Notes under the pieces: generated by a model
The model's database searches: none
Told to the model about the DNA's origin: nothing
What the model saw: the letters and a program-made list of their open reading frames with translations, nothing else
Program-made: the position numbers and the translations under genes
Source of the DNA: Gemmatimonadota bacterium
Lineage (GTDB): Bacteria; Latescibacterota; UBA2968; UBA8231
DNA length: 64,000 bases
Direction of reading: 5' to 3'
Assembly: GCA_038128265.1 (NCBI GenBank)
Contig: JAYPJE010000004.1
Span: 34,681 to 98,680 of the forward strand
Shown: positions 19,248-29,200 of the stretch, piece after piece
Numbering within the stretch: the stretch's first letter is position 1
How the letters are laid out: each line of letters opens with the position of its first letter

Positions 19248-20296
19248 AGTTTTTCAAGTTTGCCATGCCCGGCATCGGTCTACTTCTATTGGGCTATCTA
19301 ATCGGCGCATTCGGACCGGGCGAAATCGGCCGCCACCTAGCCGTTCTTAAATGGACCTTTCCCCTCGTACTGCTGCTGGCCTGTTCGTGGCATATAAGCA
19401 ACTCGATTGCCTGGAGCTTTGCCTTTGCACCAGAGGACCATACGCCGCGACTGCGCTCGCTTTTTATGGCCAAACTCGCCGGCGAAGCGGTGAGCCAAAT
19501 CACCCCGCTGGCCAATTTGGGCGGCGAACCGCTCAAAGCCTACCTGCTGCGCAGCGAGGCACCTGCCTGGAGCGGCCTGGCTGCCGTCGTCATCAATAAA
19601 GCAGCCCAAACGCTTACGGGGCTGGCATTTACCATGGTCGGATTGAGCATGGTATTCTTTTATTGGGACCTGCCGCTGGAAATACCCCTGGCCATCCGCA
19701 CCGGCCTCGTCGCGCTGATGGCGACAGCGGTCCTGTTGGTGCTCATCCTGTGGAAAAAGCAGCAGCGCCTGTTCTCATCCATTGTGCGCCTGCTCAACCG
19801 CTTGGGCCTGCGTGCGCACGGCGTTGAAGAGCGCATGGCCAAAGCCGGACGCATCGACGCCCGCATTGGCCACTTTTATCGCGAACACAAGGGGCGCTTT
19901 TTTCTCGTTCTCTTTTTTCACAGTATCGGGTGGATGCTGGGGGCCTGCGAGACCTATGTCATCCTGCGGGCATTGGAACCCTCAATCAGCTTTCCCGTCG
20001 CCTTTTTAGTCACATCGCTGACGGTCATTATCAACAGCCTCTTTTTCTTTATGCCCTCCAACATAGGCATTTTGGAAGGCGGCCAGGTCTTTCTCCTAAC
20101 CACGCTGGGCCTCAACCCGGCTATGGGCCTGTCGCTGGGCATTGCCAAACGCATGCGCAAAGTGTTCTGGATCTCTGTTGGCTGGCTCTTTCTAACCCGC
20201 CTCAGCCACAGGGCGCTGACAAACGAGCGCGAAGAGCACACGTCGCTCTCCCCGGAGCAACCGCCCGTCACGCGCGGGGAGTTGCACTACAATTGA
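19244..20296 (+). CDS. Lysylphosphatidylglycerol-synthase TM-domain (UPF0104) flippase-like protein
   Basis: Motifs 'ITPLANLGGEPLKAYLL' and 'PSNIGILEGG', multiple TMs, ATGA overlap with the upstream gene. Confidence 0.85.
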   Translation: MKFFKFAMPGIGLLLLGYLIGAFGPGEIGRHLAVLKWTFPLVLLLACSWHISNSIAWSFAFAPEDHTPRLRSLFMAKLAGEAVSQITPLANLGGEPLKAYLLRSEAPAWSGLAAVVINKAAQTLTGLAFTMVGLSMVFFYWDLPLEIPLAIRTGLVALMATAVLLVLILWKKQQRLFSSIVRLLNRLGLRAHGVEERMAKAGRIDARIGHFYREHKGRFFLVLFFHSIGWMLGACETYVILRALEPSISFPVAFLVTSLTVIINSLFFFMPSNIGILEGGQVFLLTTLGLNPAMGLSLGIAKRMRKVFWISVGWLFLTRLSHRALTNEREEHTSLSPEQPPVTRGELHYN

Positions 20297-21642
20297 TTGC
20301 TCTCTTCCTATCGTGCGCTTTTGCTACCGGACTCTTGGCACAGGAATCCCCTGCCCCCTACGCACTGGAGCAGATCATCGCGCACGCACTCGAGCACAAT
20401 ATGGACATTGCGGCCGCGCGCTGGAAGGTCGCCGCCGCCGATGCCCAGTTGCGCAAGGCGGAGTCCGCGCGCTTTCTGCCGCGCCTGCGCATCGACAGTG
20501 AGAGTGGACTTGTTCCAGAGGCCAAGGGCGACGTATTCAACCCCCCGTCCGACACCTCCGGCGTTCGTCCGCTTGGACCATTTAACCGCACAGAGCTGGA
20601 ATTCATACAGCCCATTTACCCCATCAGCCGCGGTCGACAGCTCAAAGCGGCGGCGGAAAATGGCGTCAGCGTCGAACAGGCCGACTTGGCCGATGCGCGC
20701 GTCACCGCTGAATACGAGATAAAGAAGCTGTATCACGGCGTGCTACTAGCGCAGGATCTAAACGCGCTGGTACGGCGTCTAACGGACGAACTCAACGAGC
20801 GCCAGGACGAACTGGCGCAGTCCGACGCCCTGCCCATGTCCAGCCGCTATAAGCTGGATCTGGCCCTGCTCGAATTGGACAAGCAGGGGCGCCAAGTGGC
20901 CATGCAGCTCAGCATGGCGCAGCGCGCGCTGGCGTGGCGTGCCGGCCTAGCGGATTCGACGGCGCTGTCCCTGCGCGCACGCTGGCTGGCACCGGTCCAG
21001 ACGGAGATTCCCGCATTGGAAGACCTGGTCGATCAATCGCTCGCCCAACGCCCCGACTGGCGCAAGCTACAGGCCGGCATAGCCGCCAAGAGAGCGCTGC
21101 GCGAAGCCGCGGAGGGCGCCTATAAGCCGCAGGTATTTATCGGCGGTGGGCTGCGCTTTGCCATCGCTCCGGGACGCACCGACCAGCGCAACCCCTTTGT
21201 GAAGGACGAGTTCAACCTCTTTAACGGCGCCGTGTTTATCGGCATGCGCCAATCGCTCGAGTTCCACCTGCTCGCCGCCGACGTGGCCAAGGCCGATGCC
21301 GAATACCGCCAGCTGGCCTCTATGCGCGAAAGCGCGCGACAGGGCATGCAGCTAGATGTGCGGCGCGCCTACGCCGAATGGCAGCGCGCCGAAGGCGATT
21401 TGACCGCAGCCCGCCAGAGCAGGCAGCTAGCCCGCCAGTGGCTGAAAGAGGCCAAAGAGGAGTACGAGTTCGACGCCGACCAGCTCAAAGAGCTTATTAC
21501 AGCATTCGAAAGCTGGGCACAGATTGAGCAATCGTATTTTCAGGCCATATATGATTTCAACATCAGCGTTGCCGACTTAGAAAAGGCCTGCGGCGGCATT
21601 GCGCTCGGTCGGGAAAACGCGGAAGCGCTGCGCGATGACTAG
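20293..21642 (+). CDS. TolC-family outer-membrane channel
   Basis: Signal peptide from TTG 20293; 'LEQIIAHALEHN', 'RFLPRL', 'RPDWRKL', 'YKPQVF' and C-terminal 'YFQAIYDFNISVADLEKACG' OEP repeats. Confidence 0.85.
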   Translation: MIALFLSCAFATGLLAQESPAPYALEQIIAHALEHNMDIAAARWKVAAADAQLRKAESARFLPRLRIDSESGLVPEAKGDVFNPPSDTSGVRPLGPFNRTELEFIQPIYPISRGRQLKAAAENGVSVEQADLADARVTAEYEIKKLYHGVLLAQDLNALVRRLTDELNERQDELAQSDALPMSSRYKLDLALLELDKQGRQVAMQLSMAQRALAWRAGLADSTALSLRARWLAPVQTEIPALEDLVDQSLAQRPDWRKLQAGIAAKRALREAAEGAYKPQVFIGGGLRFAIAPGRTDQRNPFVKDEFNLFNGAVFIGMRQSLEFHLLAADVAKADAEYRQLASMRESARQGMQLDVRRAYAEWQRAEGDLTAARQSRQLARQWLKEAKEEYEFDADQLKELITAFESWAQIEQSYFQAIYDFNISVADLEKACGGIALGRENAEALRDD

Positions 21643-22945
21643 TCTCTTCAAATGCGTCCTACTCTTCTGCGCAATCGCGACAACCGCTCTGCACGCACAG
21701 CCCGCGCGCTTCACTGAAGCGTTGGAACAGCTACATCAGCAGCTACAGAGCCCCCAACGGCAGGGAGCGGCCCTTGCCGAGCATATAGTGCAGCAGTGGG
21801 TGGATCTGCCGCGTTTTGCCGACGCTGCATTTGGTCCATACCTCAAAGGGAGCCTCGAATCCTATCGCGAAGTACTCGACGATGACACCTTCTCCGAGCT
21901 AGTCGAACAGTATCGGAGCCGCCTAGCGCAAGCGGTGGGCAAGCGCCTTGTCCGCGACGTGGGCCACCATTTCAACAACCCGACGCTTGCGGGCATCACG
22001 CTACTCGATTTGCGCGTCGACGAAGACGGTGTAGCCGCTTCGCTGGGCGTGGAAAATACCGACGGCCGCACGACGGTCCTCTCGTTGGACTTGACCGACG
22101 ACGGCGAGGAGTGGCGCATCGTGCGCATGGCGGTTGACGGAGCCGATGTGGGAGCGCACTACCGCGCGCTGTGCAGCGATATCATTGCAGGGCGCTACTC
22201 CCTGCCGGTGCTGGTAAGTCGCCTCGAGGAGAGGCCCTACATACACGTGGAGGACTTTGCCGCAACGCCGGTTGGGCACACGCCGCTAGACTGGGGCTCC
22301 TGGCGAGAAAAGGATAAGGGCAAACCGCGTCTATACCGCGTCCACGCGCGCGGGGAGCAGCGCTACATCGCCGCGAGCGACTCCGGCTACTCGGTTATAT
22401 TGGGCAAATTTGTCCACTGGAACCCGCGCGAATACCCCATTATGACTTGGTGCTGGCGCGCCAATGCGATCCCCCCCGGCGGCAACGAATTTCTCGACCA
22501 TGCCAACGACAGCGCGGCCGGACTTTACGTCATCTTTTCGCAAAACTGGCTGCACGTGCCCAAACAGCTGAAGTACGTGTGGAGTTCGACGCTGCCAGAA
22601 GGAACCGTGGGACGCCGCAAAAAAATTTTCAGACCCTGGTTTTTCGTTCTTGAGAGCGGCGAAGAGCGCCTCGGACAGTGGACTTTTGAGCAAGTCGACC
22701 TCGAGCGAGACCACCGGCTCAAACTCGGCGGCCTGCCCGCCGAACGCACGATTGGATTGGGTCTGTTAACGGATGCCAACTCAACCGATTCGTATGCAGA
22801 AGCCTTCTACGCGGACATGCGCGTTTGGAAGCGAGAGGCGCTGGAACGCCGCCAAATTACCGATCATTGCGGCGCTCTGCGCGACAACGGCCCAACGGCG
22901 CGTCGAGGGAGCGCGCTGGGGAGCCGCGACCCAATGGACCGATGA
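21635..22945 (+). CDS. Periplasmic MlaC-like + DUF3047 fusion protein
   Basis: Signal peptide. N-half 'WRIVRMAVDGADVGAHYR' resembles the MlaC C-terminal motif. C-half 'YPIMTWCWR..P..G.E..NDSAAGLYVIF..LKYVWSS..GLLTDANS' matches DUF3047. Confidence 0.7.
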   Translation: MTSLFKCVLLFCAIATTALHAQPARFTEALEQLHQQLQSPQRQGAALAEHIVQQWVDLPRFADAAFGPYLKGSLESYREVLDDDTFSELVEQYRSRLAQAVGKRLVRDVGHHFNNPTLAGITLLDLRVDEDGVAASLGVENTDGRTTVLSLDLTDDGEEWRIVRMAVDGADVGAHYRALCSDIIAGRYSLPVLVSRLEERPYIHVEDFAATPVGHTPLDWGSWREKDKGKPRLYRVHARGEQRYIAASDSGYSVILGKFVHWNPREYPIMTWCWRANAIPPGGNEFLDHANDSAAGLYVIFSQNWLHVPKQLKYVWSSTLPEGTVGRRKKIFRPWFFVLESGEERLGQWTFEQVDLERDHRLKLGGLPAERTIGLGLLTDANSTDSYAEAFYADMRVWKREALERRQITDHCGALRDNGPTARRGSALGSRDPMDR

Positions 22946-22958
22946 GAGAGACTCCACT

Positions 22959-23585
22959 ATGAATAAGCGATATATTGGCATGCTGGTAACGCTGTGCCTG
23001 AGCGCCGTCGCCGCCTGGGGCCAGCCGCAGCCAACCGAACCAACCGTCAAAGGGCCCATAGATTTTCTCTCTGCGCACGATGCACGAGTCAGGTCGCTGC
23101 TGCAGAAAGCTCCCAGCGATACCCTATCGCGCGCGCTGAAGGATACCATTAAGGCGAAAATCAATGCGGCGTTCGACTTTGAAGAGCTGAGCCGACTCGC
23201 GCTCGGAACTCACTGGGAACAACGGACACCGGATGAGCGCGCCCACTTTGTGCGCACGTTCAGCGGCATCATACGCGAACAAAATTTTGACAGCTTTGTT
23301 CGCTATTACAGGGAAAGCACCATTCGCTACGATAGCCAGCAAGTAGACGGCGACAAAGCCGTTGTCATGGCATCGGTCCCCCTCGAACGTGAAACGGTGG
23401 CCATCGCCTATGATTTGCACCGGCGCGACGACCGTTGGCTTGTTTGCGACCTCAGCATCGACGGGGCTAGCACGGCCGAGGGCAACAGGCGACGCTATGC
23501 CCGCTACTTGGAGAAAAAGTCATACGATATGCTCATTCAGCAATTGGATAAGCAGCTGGCGCGCCTGCAGGAGGACGGAAAGTAG
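22959..23585 (+). CDS. MlaC/Ttg2D/HpnM-family periplasmic lipid-binding protein
   Basis: Signal peptide; motifs 'FDFEELSRLALGTHW..TPDERAHFVRTF' and 'WLVCDLSIDGAS..NRRRY'. Confidence 0.88.
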   Translation: MNKRYIGMLVTLCLSAVAAWGQPQPTEPTVKGPIDFLSAHDARVRSLLQKAPSDTLSRALKDTIKAKINAAFDFEELSRLALGTHWEQRTPDERAHFVRTFSGIIREQNFDSFVRYYRESTIRYDSQQVDGDKAVVMASVPLERETVAIAYDLHRRDDRWLVCDLSIDGASTAEGNRRRYARYLEKKSYDMLIQQLDKQLARLQEDGK

Positions 23586-23593
23586 TCCACGTC

Positions 23594-25996
23594 ATGCGCA
23601 TCAACTATCAACGACTAGTACACTACATATACCACCACCACATAGGCATTATCACGGTGGCGCTGTTGGTTTCCGTTTTCGCGGGCTTCTTTGCCGCCAA
23701 ACTAGCCAAGAATATCAAGACCGATTTTGCCGACCTCTTGCCCGACAACTACGTCAGCGTGCATGAGCTCAATCGCATCAAAGCGCGCGTAGGCGGCATT
23801 GGTCCGCTGATGATCATCATTACCGGCGACGATTTGGACAAGGCCGTCGAGTTTATGGAAGTCCTGGCAGACTCTCTAGAGGGCAGCCCGTACATCAGTT
23901 CGCTCAGCGCGCGCGATAGTCGCAAGGAAATGTTGAGGAAAAACCGGCTGCTCTATATGGACGTGCAGGATATAGAGACCATTTACACGCGCCTGGACGA
24001 CCATATAGAGCTGGAGAAACTCAAGCAGTCCCCCCTGTACTTTGCCTTCGACGACGAGGAAGAGGAGATACTCGACTTCTCTGACATAGAGGACAAATAC
24101 AGAAAGAAAGTCGCGGCAAAGTCGGAAACAGCGGCGCGCTACGACTCGTATATCCTGACCAAAGAGGAAAACGGCGTCATACTGCGCCTCTATCCATCTG
24201 GGGTAATTACCGACGTCCAATTTTCGCAGGCCCTGCTGGAGAGCCTTGACCGAACGATCAACGCCATCAACCCCAAGCGCTTCCATCCAAGCATTGAATA
24301 CATCTACAAGGGCAGTTTTAAAAATAGCGCCAGTCAGGTAAAAATTATCATGGAGGACCTCAAGTCGACTGCTGCTTACAGCATCATCGGCGTGCTTCTC
24401 CTGATATCGATTTACTTTCGGCAGGTCCTCGCCTCCCTATTCATAGCCCTGCCGCTGCTGATGAGTCTAGCCTGGACGTTCGGAGTTACCCATCTGTTTA
24501 TCGGCAGCCTCAACATGATCACCGTCGGCCTCTTCGCCATTCTCTTTGGACTCGGCATCGACTTTGGCATTCACATCTTTGCCCGCTATAGAGAGGCGCG
24601 GCGACGCGGAACCAACGTAGAGGATGCACTGACCGAGACCGTCGTAAATACCGGCAGCGCCCTGACGACCACGGCCGTAACCACGGCCATAGCCTTTTAT
24701 TCGCTGCTGATAACAGATTTCAAGGGCTTCTCCGAATTTGGCTTTATCGTCGGCACCGGCATCATTTTTTCGTTGGTGGCGATGATTATTATCTGTCCGG
24801 CCTTTATCGTCCTAGGCGAACGCCTGCACATCGTGCGCCTGGCGCGGCAGGACGTGCCGAGCCACCTGCTGCGCCGCGGCCACTATCCGGCACCCCTCGT
24901 CACTCTGCTGCTCGGCGCCACCGTTTCGCTGTATTCGCTCTACCACATCAACCACATCGAATTTGAGTACGATTTTAGCAGGCTCAAACCGGCGGCCGCT
25001 GCCAACGAAGACCGGGGTAGTTTGCCCGAAACACTTAAGGAGGGGCGCTCGCCGGCCATCGTCCTGACGGAGAGCTACGACGACGCCATGGAAGTGGTTA
25101 ATACCGTCAAGCAAATCCGCGCAAGCCGCGGCGATTCATCGACGATTAACTCCGTAAAAAGCGTCTATTCAGTTCTGCCGCGCAGACAGGACGAAAAGCT
25201 CGAGATCATCTCCAAAATTCGCACGCTGCTCGACGATAATGAAGATCTATTTAGCGACGACCAGCGCGCCAAGGTCGACTCGCTGCGTCCCTATGTAGAC
25301 GTATCTAAGCTCACACTCTACGATCTACCAGAAGACCTGACCAACGAGTTCAAGAGCAAGAGCGGGGAAATCCTAAGCTTTGTGGCGATCAATGCCTCCG
25401 TGCAGTTAAAAGACGGACGCAATGCCATTCGCTTTGCCGACGAGATTCACACAATTACGACGCCATCTAACAAGACCTATTACGCATCGAGCTCACACGT
25501 CATCATAGCCGAAATGCTGCGCGTCATGCTCGATGATAGTTCGCTGGCCGTTATGCTTACTCTATCCGTCGTCACACTGGTGCTCCTCATCGACCTCCGC
25601 TCCTTCGTCGATACCTTGCTGGTCCTAACTCCCCTATTGACGGCACTCGTGTGGGTTATGGGCTTTATGTACGCTTTTGATATCAAACTCAATCTCTACA
25701 ATATGGTCGCCTTTCCAACAATCATTGGTATGGGTATCGACAACGGCGTCCACATGTTTCATCGCTATCGCGAGGCAGGCAAGGGCTCTCTCCGCCTGGT
25801 CCTACGCACGACGGGCGTGGCTCTGCTAGCCACCTCGCTAACAACTATGGTAGGCTTTTCTGGGCTCGTTCCCGCACACCACCCGGCGCTGACTTCTATC
25901 GGCGTGCTTTCACTTGTTGGCCTGGGCTGCTGTCTGCTGACTTCCATAACGCTCTTACCCGCCCTCTTGCAGCTGCGCGAACGCAGACGGGCCTAG
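23594..25996 (+). CDS. MMPL/RND-family (HpnN-like) lipid transporter
   Basis: Two repeats of TM + periplasmic loop + 5 TMs, with GLGIDFGIH and GMGIDNGVH proton-relay motifs. Confidence 0.9.
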   Translation: MRINYQRLVHYIYHHHIGIITVALLVSVFAGFFAAKLAKNIKTDFADLLPDNYVSVHELNRIKARVGGIGPLMIIITGDDLDKAVEFMEVLADSLEGSPYISSLSARDSRKEMLRKNRLLYMDVQDIETIYTRLDDHIELEKLKQSPLYFAFDDEEEEILDFSDIEDKYRKKVAAKSETAARYDSYILTKEENGVILRLYPSGVITDVQFSQALLESLDRTINAINPKRFHPSIEYIYKGSFKNSASQVKIIMEDLKSTAAYSIIGVLLLISIYFRQVLASLFIALPLLMSLAWTFGVTHLFIGSLNMITVGLFAILFGLGIDFGIHIFARYREARRRGTNVEDALTETVVNTGSALTTTAVTTAIAFYSLLITDFKGFSEFGFIVGTGIIFSLVAMIIICPAFIVLGERLHIVRLARQDVPSHLLRRGHYPAPLVTLLLGATVSLYSLYHINHIEFEYDFSRLKPAAAANEDRGSLPETLKEGRSPAIVLTESYDDAMEVVNTVKQIRASRGDSSTINSVKSVYSVLPRRQDEKLEIISKIRTLLDDNEDLFSDDQRAKVDSLRPYVDVSKLTLYDLPEDLTNEFKSKSGEILSFVAINASVQLKDGRNAIRFADEIHTITTPSNKTYYASSSHVIIAEMLRVMLDDSSLAVMLTLSVVTLVLLIDLRSFVDTLLVLTPLLTALVWVMGFMYAFDIKLNLYNMVAFPTIIGMGIDNGVHMFHRYREAGKGSLRLVLRTTGVALLATSLTTMVGFSGLVPAHHPALTSIGVLSLVGLGCCLLTSITLLPALLQLRERRRA

Positions 25997-26024
25997 TTTC
26001 AGCCCGCGCGCCACCGCAAAAGAA

Positions 26025-26052
26025 AAGGCCCGCCTGATGACAGGCGAGCCTT
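26025..26052. terminator. Probable bidirectional terminator between MMPL gene and tRNA-Gly
   Basis: AAGGCCCGCCTG-ATGA-CAGGCGAGCCTT stem, A-rich on the left and TTT on the right. Confidence 0.6.
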
Positions 26053-26123
26053 TGCGCTCGTCGAGTTTTGGATATATTCACAACAACGCGCCGCCGGAAA
26101 GCAATCCGACGGCGCGTTGAAAA

Positions 26124-26199
26124 TGGAGCGAGAGACGAGACTCGAACTCGCGACAACCACGTTGGCAACGTGGGGCTCTACCAACTGAGCTACTCTCGC
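26124..26199 (-). tRNA. tRNA-Gly (anticodon GCC)
   Basis: 76 nt: GCGAGAG acceptor stem, TAGCTCAGTTGGTAGAGC D-arm, CCACG-TTGCCAA-CGTGG anticodon arm, GTTCGAG T-loop, encoded CCA. Confidence 0.97.
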
Positions 26200-26234
26200 C
26201 AGCAAGTCAATTTTATAAGGAGCAAAATATAAGC

Positions 26235-29200
26235 ATGGCCCATAGCGTCGTCAAGGCGGCATCCGCCCTTTTTTACACCCTATCCATCTTCGCTCTAGGC
26301 GCCTGCGCGCCTTCTCCGCAAACGGCCGATGGGCCCGGCAAACACCCCCCGTCCAGAGCGCGCTGGCACAACAACCAGGGCGTTGTCTATATGGACCAAC
26401 ACAACTACACGCGTGGACGCAGCGAGTTCGAACAGGCGATCTCCATTGCGTCGGACTACGCCGTCGCCCACGCCAATTTGGGTATTTCTCTCTACAGTCT
26501 GGGCAAGTACGACAGCGCCGCAACGGCGCTGCAGACGGCGCTGCGCCACGACGACAACCTGTTACAGGCACACTACACGCTGGGGCTCATTTACAACGCT
26601 CAGGGCAAAGAGCACGATAATGCTCTGCAGTCGCTCAGTGCCGTAGCCTCTGCCGATCCAGATGATCCACACGTGCGCTACTATCTGGGTCAGGTGCGCG
26701 CCAAACTAGGCCAGAGTGAAGAAGCCATTGCCGACTTTAAAGAAGCCATACGCCTCGATCCGTACAACGTCTCTGCCTTCTATGGTATGGCCAACGCCCA
26801 CCGCCGCTTGGGCAATGATAGCGACTGGCGCGCCGCACTGGAAAAATTCAACGAACTGAGTCAGGCGGGGCACCAGGGCGTGAGCTCTTCCTATCAGGGC
26901 CAGGGGCGCTATGCTGAAGTGGTCAGCGATGCCAGCGGTGCCGACCTAAGCGTCGATGACCGCAATGGCCCCTTTGCCTTTGCCGACCCCGAGCGCGTTG
27001 GCCCGACGCCGCTCTATGCGACGCTTATCGACGGCGACGGCGATGGGGATGCAGACGTGCTGAGCGGCACGCCGCTAACGCTCTACGGGCGCGGCCGCGA
27101 TGCGGTAGAGCTGGATCCCCCCGCTGCGCCGAGCTCCTTTGCACTGGCGGTCGATCTCGACAACGACGAGCGTCACGAAGTGGTATTATGCGGCGCGACA
27201 ACCGAACTACTGCACGGCCCAGCGCCCTCGCAGTGGACGACGATGGCCACACTCCCCGCCGCGCAGCGCGCCGTCGCAGCAGATGTTGACCACGATGGCG
27301 ATCTCGACCTGCTGCTCATGGGCGACCAGCACCACCTAATGACGAACGACGGTAAGGCGTCGTTTAACGACGTGACCGACGCGGCGTCACTGGGAGATCA
27401 GCCACCTATTCAACGGGCCATTTTCAGCGATTATGACGACGACCGCGACATCGACTTCTACGCCATTTCCAGCGAAGGACTTCACCTTTATAGCAACAAC
27501 CGCGACGGCACCTTTAGCGACGTGGCCGCTTCCCTCGGCCTCACTCCCTCGGCGCCCCGGGCAATGGCCGTCGAGGACGTTGACCAAGACGGTTATATGG
27601 ATCTCCTGGTGGTGTCAGACGACGGTTCGGTAACGCTGTGGCACAACGAGGGAGGCACGGGCTTTACGCGCCAGAGCACCACCGAGGCCGCGGGTGCGAT
27701 GGCCCTGCTGAGCGCCGATGTCGACAACGACGGCGATATGGACTTTTGGCAACTGGGCGACAGCGGCGCAACCCTGCTGGCCTGGCACGATGGCTCCCTG
27801 CGCGCCGCCGAGCGCGTTCTGGAAGGGCAAAAGACCTATCCTGCGCTTGCCGCTGACTTTGACCGCGATGGGCGCACCGACCTGTGGAGTGCGGGCTCGC
27901 TCGTAGCAAACAGGACACAGGGAGGTCGCTGGGTCCGCATAGCCTTACAGGGGCTCAACAGCAACCGCGCCGGCATTGGCACCAAGGTGGAAATCAAAAC
28001 GGAAAACCGCATGCAGAAGCGCGAAGTGCGCGGCAACGGCAATGCCGAGGGCGAATTGCTGTTTGGCCTGGCCGAAAACGATTCGCTGGAGTTCGTGCGC
28101 ATCCTGTGGCCCGGCGGCGTGCGCCAAACCGAGCTGGCCACCGGAGCCGGCCAGCGCCTCGCCCTTAAAGAGCTCGACCGCAAGGGCACATCCTGCCCGA
28201 TACTCTATGCGTGGAATGGCGAGCGCTACCAATTTGTCACCGATATTCTCGGCGGGGGGATCATCGGCTACTTTATCGCACCCGGCCAGTACTACTACCC
28301 CGACAGCGATGAATACGTGCCGCTTGGAGCCATCGAAACGCGCAACGGCCACTACTCGCTCAAGCTGGCCAACCAGCTCGAAGAGATCATTTACATCGAC
28401 GCGCTTGAACTGGTAGCCGTGGACCATCCGGCCGACGTCGCGGTCTATCCGAACGAACGCCTGCTGTCGACTCCTCCCTACCCCGAATTTGCCCTCTATC
28501 CGCTCGCCGACCTGCGCCCACCGCGCGATGCCGTAGACCACCTCGGCCGCCGCGTGCTGTCCGACTTACAAGCAATAGACGACGTCTGGTATGACGATTT
28601 CGGCCTGACAGACATACACGGCTATGCCCAAGAGTACAGCCTTACGCTCGACCTAGGCGACTTGAGCGACGTCGAACATCCCGTCCTCCTAGGCTACGGA
28701 TGGGTTGACTACGCCCACTCCAGCTCGAATTGGGCGGCGGCCCAACGCGACTTATCGCTGGCGCCGCCGCGTATTGAGGCCGCCGACGGGCGCGGTGGGT
28801 GGCGCCTATTGAGCAGCGATATGGGCACGCCTGCAGGCCTCCCCAAGCATATGCTTTTTGACCTGCGCGACGCCTTTGTGGGCGACGACTATCGCGTGCG
28901 CATTACGACCAACGCGGCTATCTATTGGGATCAGTTTCTGGTAGGTGCCGCGCAAGACAGCGACCTGCGCGTGCAGCGCATGCGACCGTCCTCCGCCGAT
29001 TTAAGCTGGCGAGGCTATCCCGCTCACACGTCGATCAACGGCACTTTTGCCTTTCGCTACCACTACGACCAGCTCCACCTAGAAGCTCCCTGGGGCACAC
29101 ACGGCGGAGCCTATACGCGCCTTGGTCCAGTCGACGAACTGGTCGATGCAATCGACGATCGCTTCGTAATTATGTTTCACGGCGACGAGCTGAGCTTTGA

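Noticed and set aside
13164..26199. Lipid cluster as a genomic island integrated at the tRNA-Gly 3' end
   Set aside because: The orientation fits and the MMPL gene looks somewhat less GC-rich. However, I found no integrase and no duplicated tRNA 3' end, and an Ile/Phe-rich membrane protein can explain the composition.
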